Notes: generated by a model not told the origin, from the sequence alone. A stretch of DNA of 30,682 bases from Nanohaloarchaea archaeon B1-Br10_U2g21 (GCA_001563915.1 LKMP01000011.1:1-30682), one strand, 5' to 3'. Shown: positions 1-10,000, numbered from the stretch's first letter. Program-made: numbers and translations.

Positions 1-3000
1 GTTTTAGGCCCTAACCCTGATAGTGACACTGCAGGAGGAAGCACTTGCGGGGATGGTTATGAGGACTCTGATTATGAGAGGGGCGATCCAGATGGTCAAG
101 AAAGCGAGGGCTCTACGTCAGGATATACTACAGAGTGCAGACCTGATTTTGGAAGAATATGGGAAAAATATGATCTCGAAGATCCTATGGATAATGATTG
201 TGATAACGATGATGCATCATGCGAGGGTGATGCTGAGGTGAGCTGTGAATCTGGAAGTACAGGAGGCAGCGATAGCAGTTGTTACAGTGATGATTGTGGT
301 ACTGAAACCAGTGCAGATTGTGACTTGGATGAGGATAATAGTGGTCATGAAGGTAATGAAGAGTTTAGAGCATCAGGAGATCTTATTGAGGTTAGAGAGT
401 GTACTAATGATGGATCATGTAGTCAGAGTAATGAAGAAAACTGTATAGATTATGACGGCGATAGCTGTACATCTAGTAATGCTGGAGGATCCTGGGATGA
501 TTGTCATATTGAGGATCCTGAGGAAGGATGTATTGGATCTTGTACTGCAAGTAATAGCGACCCATGTAGTGCTGATACTTGGGAAGGAGAAGGAGAAGAA
601 AGGTCTTGGAATAGCTGGTCAGAAGAACATGATTGTACGGATCGTAGCACTGTTGATGGTGGTACTTCAAGTCCAGATGATTACGAAAATAGTCAAGCTG
701 CTACATATACAAGATTTACTGCGCATCAAGATGCAAGTTGGGGAGGAGATGGCAAAGTATGGTGTGGGTATGACCATACTACGACTATTAATGCTGATGG
801 GCCGTGGGGATTAGGTAACGGATTTGTCGTAATCTATGAAGATGAGATAGTTGCAACTGAAAACCCTGCAGGAGACGATGAAGTAGGCCAGCATGTATAC
901 GTAGATGAGAGCAACGCAGACTATGATTTCACTGACAAAATTGATACAGACTGCGATGGAAGTAGAACTTGTATAAAATATGCTAACTTTTACACTGAAT
1001 CAAGTGGATGGACGGCTAGTAATAATCCTTCTGAATCAGAAGTAAGGTCTGCTGTGGATGTCGATGTAACGAGAGCTTATACTCCTGATGAGTCATATTC
1101 AGTGTGTAAAAATGTGAACAGAATTAATGAAGAAAACGGGAATGGAGACACTCTGCTTGACTGTGACTATATGAGTGGCGAAATATCTTTTGACAATATT
1201 TCTCCTCTGCCTGAGGCTTGTGGGGACGAAGAAGATGAGCAGTTAATGCTAATGGAAGGGCCTCAAGTTGACCAAGGGTCTGTAGAAGAACACCTATTCC
1301 ATGAGCAGAAATGTGTGTCTTGGGGTGATGATGAAGTAGACCGTTTTGATAGAGAATTAGATGAAAATGCATGTGTTAATAAGGGAGAAGCTTTTGCTGA
1401 GGGAACAGTAGCTAACGTGGCTTTCCCAGATGGACTAGTAGATAGTGAACCAGAACATTACAATGAATATGAAGAAGGAGGCGACAGTCCCGACTGGCAA
1501 GTCTGTCTTAACATTGCTGATTCTCCTTATGCAGACGCTGAAGAGGTTACTGATAAACCTTACAATCATCGTTATAATGACTGGGATGAGGAATCCTTTG
1601 GAGGACAGTGGTACGATCTTGATGATTCTAGAGTCAACGACTACTTGACACAAGGAAATCATGATATTACTTTAACTTCTGAGCAAAGAGCAGATACTCC
1701 TAGCGATGAAGAAATCCATCATATCGATTATTATTATGGAGAACATCCAAATCCTAGTGATTCTACATATAATCCTGAAGGAGAGAACGAAGGAACTGCT
1801 CTTTTAGCAGACTGTGGGCCTCTAATTGAAGGGTGTGGTGATGATGGTTCAAGTACAAGCGGAGGAGTTAACGCAGATGAGGGCACGTTCTTTACGTTCT
1901 TTGAGGAGAGTGCTGTAGATCCTGATTACCATCCTCAGGGAGAAACGGAGGAATTTTGGTATCCTACAGAGTCATCTATTGAACCTGTTTTTAATCCTCC
2001 TGGAATGATGAATTTAATTAAAAGCCATCAGGATACGGATAACAGTCGTTATCCAGGACAGTTAAGTCCTGGGCATTATGAATATGATAACTGGAACCGT
2101 GAATGGTATGAAGATACACAGATAGATGAAGAAAGTGCAGTACAGTTTGCGTACACAAGAGATACTACTTGGGTAGTTGACTCAACAGGCACTCCATACC
2201 CAGCATGGGGTGTGGAAGATACAGGTTATGAGTCTGATGATATGGGACAGGATGATAACATCCAAGAAAACGAGGAAGGATTCTCAGCAGGAATTCATTA
2301 TAACTTAGATTATACGGGAAGTATAAGAGAACAGCCTTCTGACGACACTGTTAATAAACCGGATAGAGCTATGGCGAACTCGCTAGCTGTAGTCTCAGCA
2401 GTAGAAATGACGGATGATGAAGGAAACATGATTAATGAAGGGGAAGCATTTTGGATAGATCCTGATGATTTAAGGTATCACGCAGACGAAGGCGTTATAG
2501 CCGGAATTGAGCCTGAAACAGATGACTGGCAAAGATTAGTACAATACGAAATCGATCTTACAGGTCCGGATTCAGGCCTTGGATGGGATTGGTCTTATGA
2601 TGAATATTATGATGAAGATAGAGATCCAGAGATAAATCCTGAAGTAATAGAAACAGATGATGACTATGGTTCTGACATAGTTTATACTGATATTTACTGG
2701 GAGGAAGATGACGGAGATTTAGCAGATGGACTTGAACCTCCTATGTGTGGAGATGACAGATGGGAGTATCTTCTAGAAGAAAAAGGAGAATCTGCTAATC
2801 CTGATAAATATTCTGGTCGTTATGCCTGTGCTACAGATCAAAGTTTGTGTGTATCCTATGAAGGAGATGATGACCAGGTACTATATGAGCAAGGAGATTA
2901 CCTCAATACTAATGGACCGGGAGAAGACGAAGGACGTTTAAAACAAGATGAAGAGGCCTGTGCTCAAAGACCAGAAGATGATGTTGCTATGTGGTGGGAT

Positions 3001-4020
3001 CAAGATTATGGTCAAATAGATACAGATGAGAGCAGTAATTTGTGCCGTGAAAACAGTTTATTTGGAAGTCAAGGTAAGAGGTGGATTAACTATGACTATA
3101 TTAATGAGTATCCTTTCGCGGTTAACGAAGGTATTGATGATTCATGGAATGCTAGACTTAACCAAATGAGTCATGACTATTTAATTTCTGATCCTGAGGG
3201 TGAAGAATGGATTGATGACTATGAAAATGGAGTAGGCCCATTAGAACAAGATTATACTCCTGTTCCTACCGGGACCGAAGATGAAAGAGTGGCCGATCCA
3301 TCTCACGGAGAATACGGGTTCTGTGCGGGTGACGATGCTTCAGAGTACCTGATTAGACAAGAATCTCAGACAAGATTTTTAGACACAAAAGATGAAGTAA
3401 AAGGAGTGGCTTTAAGCCCAGACAGCTGTGTATTAGAAAATGACTATGAAGATTATGAATTTGGGCTTGAAGGATCAAATGACGACGACCGAAGAATTTA
3501 CCAAGAAGGAGACACCGTTGATTTCGAAAGCGGAGGCACTGAAAGAGAAATAGGATGTTTTGAAGGACAATGGTGGGATGACTGGCCAGTACAGTTCCTA
3601 GAAGATAATTCTGAAGTCGGATTGTCCGATACAGATATCACCACGTTTAGAGTAATCAATCCTCAGGACAGTGAAAGAACTTTTGACTTAACTCTAACAA
3701 CTGGCGATGAAGATTTAGAAAGAATGGTGAGCTTTTCAGACTCCGGATCAGATGAAATGAGCGTAACAGTTCCAGCCAGAAGCTCTAACACCTACGATGT
3801 AGAAATCAGAGGCCTAGACCTTATAGATAATGAAGAACTACAATTAAGAGCAGAATCAAGTAGAGGAGACCTTGACGGAACAGATACAATTGATATCTCA
3901 GTTGTCGAAGGATATGTATCAGAAACAGAAGGAGAAATAAGAGATGTATCCGGCCTAACTTTCATGCACTTAGCACTAATATTCTTATTAGGACTTGTCT
4001 ACTTCATCTATAGAGAATAA
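1..4020 (+). CDS. Very large acidic, Cys-rich cell-surface protein with C-terminal membrane anchor (5'-truncated by window)
   Basis: The frame is open from base 1 (VLGPNPDSDTAGGSTCGDG...) into the 187..4020 ORF, so the true start lies upstream. D/E/C/W/Y-rich, with DNDCD and DTDCDG motifs and CGDD-x2-EY-like repeats. Ends in a beta-rich domain and VSGL-TFMHLALIFLLGLVYFIY-RE (TM helix plus charged tail). Confidence 0.85.
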   Translation, partial: VLGPNPDSDTAGGSTCGDGYEDSDYERGDPDGQESEGSTSGYTTECRPDFGRIWEKYDLEDPMDNDCDNDDASCEGDAEVSCESGSTGGSDSSCYSDDCGTETSADCDLDEDNSGHEGNEEFRASGDLIEVRECTNDGSCSQSNEENCIDYDGDSCTSSNAGGSWDDCHIEDPEEGCIGSCTASNSDPCSADTWEGEGEERSWNSWSEEHDCTDRSTVDGGTSSPDDYENSQAATYTRFTAHQDASWGGDGKVWCGYDHTTTINADGPWGLGNGFVVIYEDEIVATENPAGDDEVGQHVYVDESNADYDFTDKIDTDCDGSRTCIKYANFYTESSGWTASNNPSESEVRSAVDVDVTRAYTPDESYSVCKNVNRINEENGNGDTLLDCDYMSGEISFDNISPLPEACGDEEDEQLMLMEGPQVDQGSVEEHLFHEQKCVSWGDDEVDRFDRELDENACVNKGEAFAEGTVANVAFPDGLVDSEPEHYNEYEEGGDSPDWQVCLNIADSPYADAEEVTDKPYNHRYNDWDEESFGGQWYDLDDSRVNDYLTQGNHDITLTSEQRADTPSDEEIHHIDYYYGEHPNPSDSTYNPEGENEGTALLADCGPLIEGCGDDGSSTSGGVNADEGTFFTFFEESAVDPDYHPQGETEEFWYPTESSIEPVFNPPGMMNLIKSHQDTDNSRYPGQLSPGHYEYDNWNREWYEDTQIDEESAVQFAYTRDTTWVVDSTGTPYPAWGVEDTGYESDDMGQDDNIQENEEGFSAGIHYNLDYTGSIREQPSDDTVNKPDRAMANSLAVVSAVEMTDDEGNMINEGEAFWIDPDDLRYHADEGVIAGIEPETDDWQRLVQYEIDLTGPDSGLGWDWSYDEYYDEDRDPEINPEVIETDDDYGSDIVYTDIYWEEDDGDLADGLEPPMCGDDRWEYLLEEKGESANPDKYSGRYACATDQSLCVSYEGDDDQVLYEQGDYLNTNGPGEDEGRLKQDEEACAQRPEDDVAMWWDQDYGQIDTDESSNLCRENSLFGSQGKRWINYDYINEYPFAVNEGIDDSWNARLNQMSHDYLISDPEGEEWIDDYENGVGPLEQDYTPVPTGTEDERVADPSHGEYGFCAGDDASEYLIRQESQTRFLDTKDEVKGVALSPDSCVLENDYEDYEFGLEGSNDDDRRIYQEGDTVDFESGGTEREIGCFEGQWWDDWPVQFLEDNSEVGLSDTDITTFRVINPQDSERTFDLTLTTGDEDLERMVSFSDSGSDEMSVTVPARSSNTYDVEIRGLDLIDNEELQLRAESSRGDLDGTDTIDISVVEGYVSETEGEIRDVSGLTFMHLALIFLLGLVYFIYRE

Positions 4021-4021
4021 A

Positions 4022-4153
4022 TTATAAGTTAAAGAGGCCTTTACCCTCTTCTATAACCTTATCTGTTCCATGCATTTTTTCCGCGTGTTTCTCCAATGCT
4101 TCTTTCATTGAGAAAATTTTACCGCATACCGTGCATTCTAATACTTCTTCCAT
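4022..4153 (-). CDS. Small C2H2-type zinc-finger protein (43 aa), absent from ORF track
   Basis: Manual translation: MEEVLECTVCGKIFSMKEALEKHAEKMHGTDKVIEEGKGLFNL*, matching C-x2-C-x3-F-x5-L-x2-H-x4-H. It fills the intergenic gap without overlap. Confidence 0.85.
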   Translation of the reverse strand: MEEVLECTVCGKIFSMKEALEKHAEKMHGTDKVIEEGKGLFNL

Positions 4154-4208
4154 ATAAACGATATTAGACGAAGCAAGTATTAAAACAGATTCGATGTATT
4201 AACTCGGT

Positions 4209-5708
4209 ATGGGACAGGAGCTAGGTATAACTGTTAGCAAACAAAAAAATCCATCTGAATGGTATACACAAGTAGTACAGAAAGCGGATTTAGCAGACTA
4301 TGCGCCAGTTAAAGGCTGCATGGTTATCAAGCCATACGGAATGCAGATCTGGAACTCAATAAAACAAGAATTTAATGAAAAAATTACTGCTACAGGTGCT
4401 GAAAACGCTTACTTCCCATTATTTATCCCTGAAAGTTATCTAGAAAAAGAAGAAGATATAGTAGAAGGATTTGACCCAGAAGTAGCATGGGTCACTCATG
4501 GAGGAGAAGAAGAACTAGATGAAAAACTTGCAGTAAGACCTACTTCAGAATCAATAATTGCCCCATTCATGTCTAAGTGGATTCGATCACACCGCGATCT
4601 GCCTCTAAGACTAAATCAGTGGGCAAACGTAGTTAGGTGGGAGGCCACAGATACTAGACCATTCCTCAGGACCCGCGAATTTTTATGGCAAGAAGGTCAC
4701 ACAGCCCATAAAACAGAAGAAAATGCAGATGAAGAAACATTACTAAGACTTGAGCAGTATAGGGAAGTAATTGAAGATCATTTAGCAATACCTTCAGTAC
4801 GAGGTTACAAACCTGAACACGATAAGTTTCCCGGAGCAAAATACACTACAACTATTGAGACACTAATGCCTGATGGAAAAAGCATTCAATCTGGCACCTC
4901 TCATCAGCTAGGTCAACACTTTGCTGAAGCATTTGACATAACTTTTGAGGATGAACATTCTGAGCAAAGCACTTGCTGGACAACATCTTGGGGACTGTCC
5001 ACTAGAACTGTCGGCGCATTGATAATGGCTCATGGAGATGATAATGGGTTAAAGCTACCTCCAAATGTCGCACCTATACAAGTTGTGGTAGTGCCGATTT
5101 ACCAAGATGAAAACAAGGAAGAAGTACTCGACTATTCAGAGAAACTTGCTGAACAAATTAAAAGAGCTAAAGGCTGTGGATGCAAATCAAATATCAGAGT
5201 AGAGATTGATGATAGAGATCACCGGAGTCCTGGATACAAGTTTAATGAATGGGAGCTGAAAGGCGTACCTCTCAGAATAGAAGTAGGGCCTAATGAAGTA
5301 GAAGATGATGCTGTTACAACAGTTAGAAGAGATAACGGTGATAAAGAACTAGGAATAGACCGGAAAAAATTCTTGAGAAGTGTAGATGATCTTCTAGATG
5401 AGATACAAAATTCAATGTATGAAGAACTTGAAGAGTATCTTGAAGAAAACATTCGTGAAGCCTCATCAAAAGAAGAAGTTCTCGGCACAATTGGGAAGAG
5501 CCGTGGATATGTCAAGACGAGATGGTGTGGAAAAGAAGAGTGTGAAAACGAGATTAAGGATCAAGTTGCAGCAGAAATAGTCGTACTGCCTTTCCATGAA
5601 GACAGTAAGCCTGAAACTATTCAATCCTCTGAAGAAGAAATAGGAGGCGACTGCGCTATCTGCAGCAAAAAAGCTAAGAGATGGGCTTATTTCGCAAAAA
5701 ATTATTGA
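4209..5708 (+). CDS. proS: Proline--tRNA ligase, archaeal/eukaryotic type
   Basis: Class II motifs (YFPLFIP, RPTSE, RWE..TRPFLRTREFLWQEGHT, SWGLSTR), anticodon-binding domain (KGVPLRIEVG), C-terminal Cys4 Zn domain ending FAKNY. No INS editing domain. Confidence 0.97.
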   Translation: MGQELGITVSKQKNPSEWYTQVVQKADLADYAPVKGCMVIKPYGMQIWNSIKQEFNEKITATGAENAYFPLFIPESYLEKEEDIVEGFDPEVAWVTHGGEEELDEKLAVRPTSESIIAPFMSKWIRSHRDLPLRLNQWANVVRWEATDTRPFLRTREFLWQEGHTAHKTEENADEETLLRLEQYREVIEDHLAIPSVRGYKPEHDKFPGAKYTTTIETLMPDGKSIQSGTSHQLGQHFAEAFDITFEDEHSEQSTCWTTSWGLSTRTVGALIMAHGDDNGLKLPPNVAPIQVVVVPIYQDENKEEVLDYSEKLAEQIKRAKGCGCKSNIRVEIDDRDHRSPGYKFNEWELKGVPLRIEVGPNEVEDDAVTTVRRDNGDKELGIDRKKFLRSVDDLLDEIQNSMYEELEEYLEENIREASSKEEVLGTIGKSRGYVKTRWCGKEECENEIKDQVAAEIVVLPFHEDSKPETIQSSEEEIGGDCAICSKKAKRWAYFAKNY

Positions 5709-5713
5709 AAGAT

Positions 5714-6259
5714 ATGAAAGTCTATCTGGTAACCGGAAACTCTGAAAAAGTCAAATCAGCTGAAAAAGCGTTTGAAGATACTAATATAGAATTACGGCAG
5801 TTAAGAACTAGTGTTCCAGAAATTCAAGCATCCACAAGCCTAAAAGTTGCTAGACATACTGTAGAACAAATCTGTAAACAGTACAATGCACCTGTAATTA
5901 GAGAAGATCATAGCGTTTACTTAAACGCGATTCCCGGATTTCCAGGCCCATTTATGAGTTATTTCAATAAGAACATCCCTGCCAAGAAATTGCTTAAATT
6001 ACTTGAAAACTTTGATGACCGCACAGGATACTTCGAGATAGGTACAGTATTAGGTCTTCCTAATGGAGAAATAAACGAATATGAGTTTCGTGTACCTATC
6101 AAAATTTCTAAAGAGCTAAAAGGAAATAAACGAAACTGGAATCAAGTCTTAATGCTTAAAGAAGAGTCCAAAACTTTTGCTGAATCGTGTAGCGAATCCA
6201 GAATCAGTATATGGAATCAAAATTTCAGAAAAATTGCTGAAGAACTAGACAGCAGTTAA
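5714..6259 (+). CDS. Ham1/RdgB/ITPase-family NTP pyrophosphatase (divergent)
   Basis: VTGNSEK, PEIQ, ED..YLNAIPGFPGPF and KTFAE motifs. Start moved to ATG 5714 (MKVYL) just after the proS stop. The SHR motif is absent. Confidence 0.8.
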   Translation: MKVYLVTGNSEKVKSAEKAFEDTNIELRQLRTSVPEIQASTSLKVARHTVEQICKQYNAPVIREDHSVYLNAIPGFPGPFMSYFNKNIPAKKLLKLLENFDDRTGYFEIGTVLGLPNGEINEYEFRVPIKISKELKGNKRNWNQVLMLKEESKTFAESCSESRISIWNQNFRKIAEELDSS

Positions 6260-6270
6260 TCAGCAGCACC

Positions 6271-6338
6271 TATTTAAAACTAGACTTGTAAAGTTTGAGT
6301 ATACAGTTTCTAATCGGAACTGTTCTTTTCTCGGTGAT
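6271..6338 (+). promoter_or_regulatory. Putative TATA box, leader hairpin with U-tract and Shine-Dalgarno site of the psmB-aCPSF1 unit
   Basis: TATTTAAAA 6271-6279; 8-bp stem 6303-6310/6316-6323 followed by TCTTTTCTC; GGTGAT 6333-6338, 9 nt before ATG 6348. Confidence 0.45.
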
Positions 6339-6347
6339 TAAAACATT

Positions 6348-6986
6348 ATGTCAGATAAAGAAGAAAAATCAGTCGGACAGTTCAAAACTGGAACAACAAC
6401 GGTAGGCCTCACAACAGAAGAGGGAGTGGTATTGGCCGCAGACAGAAGAGCTTCCATGGGAAGACTCACAGCTTCAAAATATGCTAAGAAAATTTACAAA
6501 TTAGATGATAATCTAGGCCTGACAATTGCAGGAAGTGTTGGCGACGCACAGAAAATCGTCCGAATTATGAGAGCTCAGCTAAAACTTCATAGACTTGAAA
6601 CCAAAGAACTAAGCGTCAAAGGAGCAGGCACATTACTATCAAATATTCTGCACAGTAACAAAATGATGCCGTTTATGAACCAGTTTGTTCTAGGAGGAGT
6701 AGACGAAAATGGAGGCGTACTGTATGATCTTGATCCTGCTGGAGGCTTAATGGCTCATGAATACTTTACAGCTACAGGTTCAGGTAGTCAAATGGCATAC
6801 GGAGTTCTTGAAGACAAATACGAAGAAGATATGGATCACGAGGAAGGAGTCCAACTTGCAAAGAGTGCTGTAAAGTCCGCGATGGAGCGAGATACTGCTT
6901 CAGGTAATGGTATAATGGTTGCAGAAATCACTGAGAACGGTTTCGAGGTGCTGGAGCAGTCAGAGCTCAAGCAAGTCGTTGAATAA
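6348..6986 (+). CDS. psmB: Proteasome subunit beta
   Basis: Short propeptide then KTG/TTTVG catalytic Thr; LAADRRAS, GSVGDAQ, ATGSGS and RDTASG motifs. Confidence 0.96.
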   Translation: MSDKEEKSVGQFKTGTTTVGLTTEEGVVLAADRRASMGRLTASKYAKKIYKLDDNLGLTIAGSVGDAQKIVRIMRAQLKLHRLETKELSVKGAGTLLSNILHSNKMMPFMNQFVLGGVDENGGVLYDLDPAGGLMAHEYFTATGSGSQMAYGVLEDKYEEDMDHEEGVQLAKSAVKSAMERDTASGNGIMVAEITENGFEVLEQSELKQVVE

Positions 6987-7011
6987 ATCAATATTAAACA
7001 GGTTTTCATTT

Positions 7012-10000
7012 ATGGAAGAACTTAAAGACATTAAAGCAGAGTTACCTAGAAATGCAAATGTATCTGAGATAAGGTACGAAGCATCAGACATAGTACTCTA
7101 TACAGACAGTGAAGAATTCTTTTTAGACAACAGAGATACAGTAAAAAAACTGGTTTCTAAACTTAAGAAAAGAGTAGAAGTAAGACCTACGTCTAAACTA
7201 TTCAGAGATCCTGAAAACGCAAAAAAGAAAATAAAAGAAGTAGTATCAGGAGAAGCTGGTCTTGAGGATACTATTTTTCAGCCAAGCCTTGGAAAAGTAA
7301 TAATTAGGGCTGAAAGACCTGGAAAAGTAATAGGAAATAAAGGAGAAGGATTAAGAGAGATTAGAAAAGAAACTCTTTGGGCTCCACAAGTAGAACGAGT
7401 ACCGGCAATTAACTCTAAAATTGTGGATAAAGCCCGAGAACTCACAGTAGAAGATCCTGAATTCAGAAAAAAGTTCTTGCATGAAGTAGGAGAAAAAATC
7501 AGACTCGATAAATCCGTAGGCGACGAATGGATTAGAGTATCATCTTTAGGAGGCTTCAGACAAGTAGGAAGAAGCTGCGTACTAGTCCAGACAGAAGAAT
7601 CCAACGTATTACTAGATGCAGGTATCGATCCTAGCGCAGAGCCGGGAACAGCTCAGAACTATCCCTACCTTAATGCGCCTGAACTCGACCTTAGAAATCT
7701 AGATGCAGTAGTGCTTTCACATGCACACATGGACCACTGTCTAACTCCAGATACTCCTGTAACCATGGCTAACGGCGAAAGAAAGCCAATCACAGAAGTA
7801 GAGAAAGGTGACGACTTGAAAGCCTTAAATTGGGAGACTGGAGAACTAGAAAAAGGAACTTGTACAGGCACTAAAGAAGTAAAAGACGACAGATACTTGG
7901 AAATCAAGACACCTTTCAATAGCATTAATGCCTCAGGAGACCACAAATTCTTTGGGGTCAAAAATTTAGAGGTTAAAGAAATTGAAGCAAGCAATCTAGA
8001 AACTGGAGATATGATTCCAAGGAAGTCAGTACATAGAGGATCAAAACTTGTTACACTAGATAAACCTGATTACAGAGAAAGAATTGAAGTACCAGAAACA
8101 GCTAAAACAGAGCTTAGAAATACAAGAAATAAGTTAGGCATAACTCAAAAAGAGGTATCTGAGCAACTTGGAAAAGGAGTCAACTTTGTATCAGACCTAG
8201 AAAACAAATACGATTCAATATATCTTGAAAATCTCAAATCAATGCTTGAGCTCTATAAAATAGATTTCAAAGAGTTCCTAGAAAATCACGATATTGAAAC
8301 AGTTTCCTATCCTGACGAACTTGATAGAGAGATTGCCCAGCTAGTAGGCTATTTCTACGGCGATGGGCACAAGACAGGTAACAGGTTAAGGTTCACCGAT
8401 AAAAATAAGGGTTGTCTTCAGAACTACAACGAGCTCGTATACTCAATTTTTAATTACAGAGGAAATATCAGAAAACATCCTGACAGAACTAAAAACGCGT
8501 ACTCACTGGAAATCAACAATGTTGGAATTGTAAGGTTCTTGGAACAAAACTTTGAAGGGCTATACGAAAATGGAATAGACTCAACTCTACCCAACAAGAT
8601 ACGACTGGGAGACCATGAAGTTGCTCAAGGATTTATCAAAGGCCTTTTCGATGCAGAAGGAGATGTGAACAACCAGATTAGGATAGCTCAATCAAATCCT
8701 GATGCCCGAAAACAAATACAGAACCTTCTTTCTTCTATAAACATTAAGGCCTCGAATTCGGATTCAAATATCAGGCTGTCAGTATCTTCTGGAAAGTCTA
8801 TCCGGAGATTTATTGAAGAAGTAGGTTCTGATCACCCTATTAAATCTGAAAGACTAAATGAGCTTCATCCAAACTTATCAAATGACTCTGAAGAGATAAT
8901 TCCTGTTACTTCAGAGGATTTGCATAGAGTTCTGGAAGATGCAGGTATGATCGGAAGAGTAAATGGAAGTCCTAGCTACAAAGAACTAGATAGTTGTCTA
9001 GTCGACTGGTACAGGAGAAATCCAGATAGTCATGCTACAAAGAAAACGGTTGAAACGCTTATAGACACTCTGAAACAGAGAATATCAGACATCGAGGCAT
9101 TGGGGATAGAGAACATTTCAGAAGCAAGAAAAGGAATGTCTTTAACTCGAGAAATAGTAGCAAAATCAACTGATAGTACAGTCAGCCAAATACAGCTTAT
9201 AGAGGATAGAGGACAACAAACCGATTACGTAGTTGAACTTGAATCCTATATCAAAGAAAAGCTAGAACAGGCAATAGTGAAAACCCGAGAAAATATTGAG
9301 AAACTTGAAAACCTGTTAAAACTAAATCTAGACTGGCAAAAGATAACAAGTATAGAAGAAAAGGAAAATGAGTATGGATACTTAGTAGACATCAGAGTAG
9401 ACCCACAACACAACTTCATAGCCAATGACCAAGTAGTACACAACTGTGGAATGATCCCTTATCTATACAAGATGGGTTACGATGGTCCGCTGTACTGTAC
9501 AAAGCCGACAAGAGATATCATGATTATGATGACTTTGGACTACATAGGTCTTGCACACAGTGAGAATAACAAGGCGCCATATGACTCTTCTGCTATCAAG
9601 AAAGCAGTGAAAAGAACTATTACGCCTGACTACGGCGAAGTAACGGATATTACTCCCGATATGCGCTTAACTCTGAAAAATTCAGGACACATAATCGGTA
9701 GCGCATTAACACACTTACACATAGGAGAAGGCCTCCACAATATTCTCTATACAGGGGACTATAATTATGACTCAACGGAGATGTTGAGACCTGCAGACAC
9801 AAATTTCCAGCGTGTCGAGACGATGATTACTGAGGCAACTTATGGAGGACGGGATGATAAGCAGAGTCCGCGCGAGGAATCTGATAAGAAGTTCCTGTCT
9901 AAAATGAAGCAGACTTTAAACAAAGGAGGGAAAGTGATCGTCCCTGTTTTCGCAGTAGGACGTTCACAGGAAGTTTTAGGTCTTTTATCGGACGAAATGG

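Noticed and set aside
1-800. Stronger T-ending codon bias at the 5' part of the giant gene, suggesting mosaic origin
   Set aside because: Only an impression by eye and confounded by Asp/Ser/Cys-rich composition. It needs a sliding-window codon analysis.
23-1662. Short alternative-frame and antisense ORFs inside the giant gene, and similar ones inside proS, fttA, gatB, pan, pyk and others
   Set aside because: Shadow ORFs caused by biased codon usage. They have no motifs and lie within well-supported genes.
6919-7011. N-terminal extension of aCPSF1 in the ORF track, overlapping psmB
   Set aside because: Ser/basic composition is unlike the proteome. ATG 7012 gives a normal-length protein without overlap.
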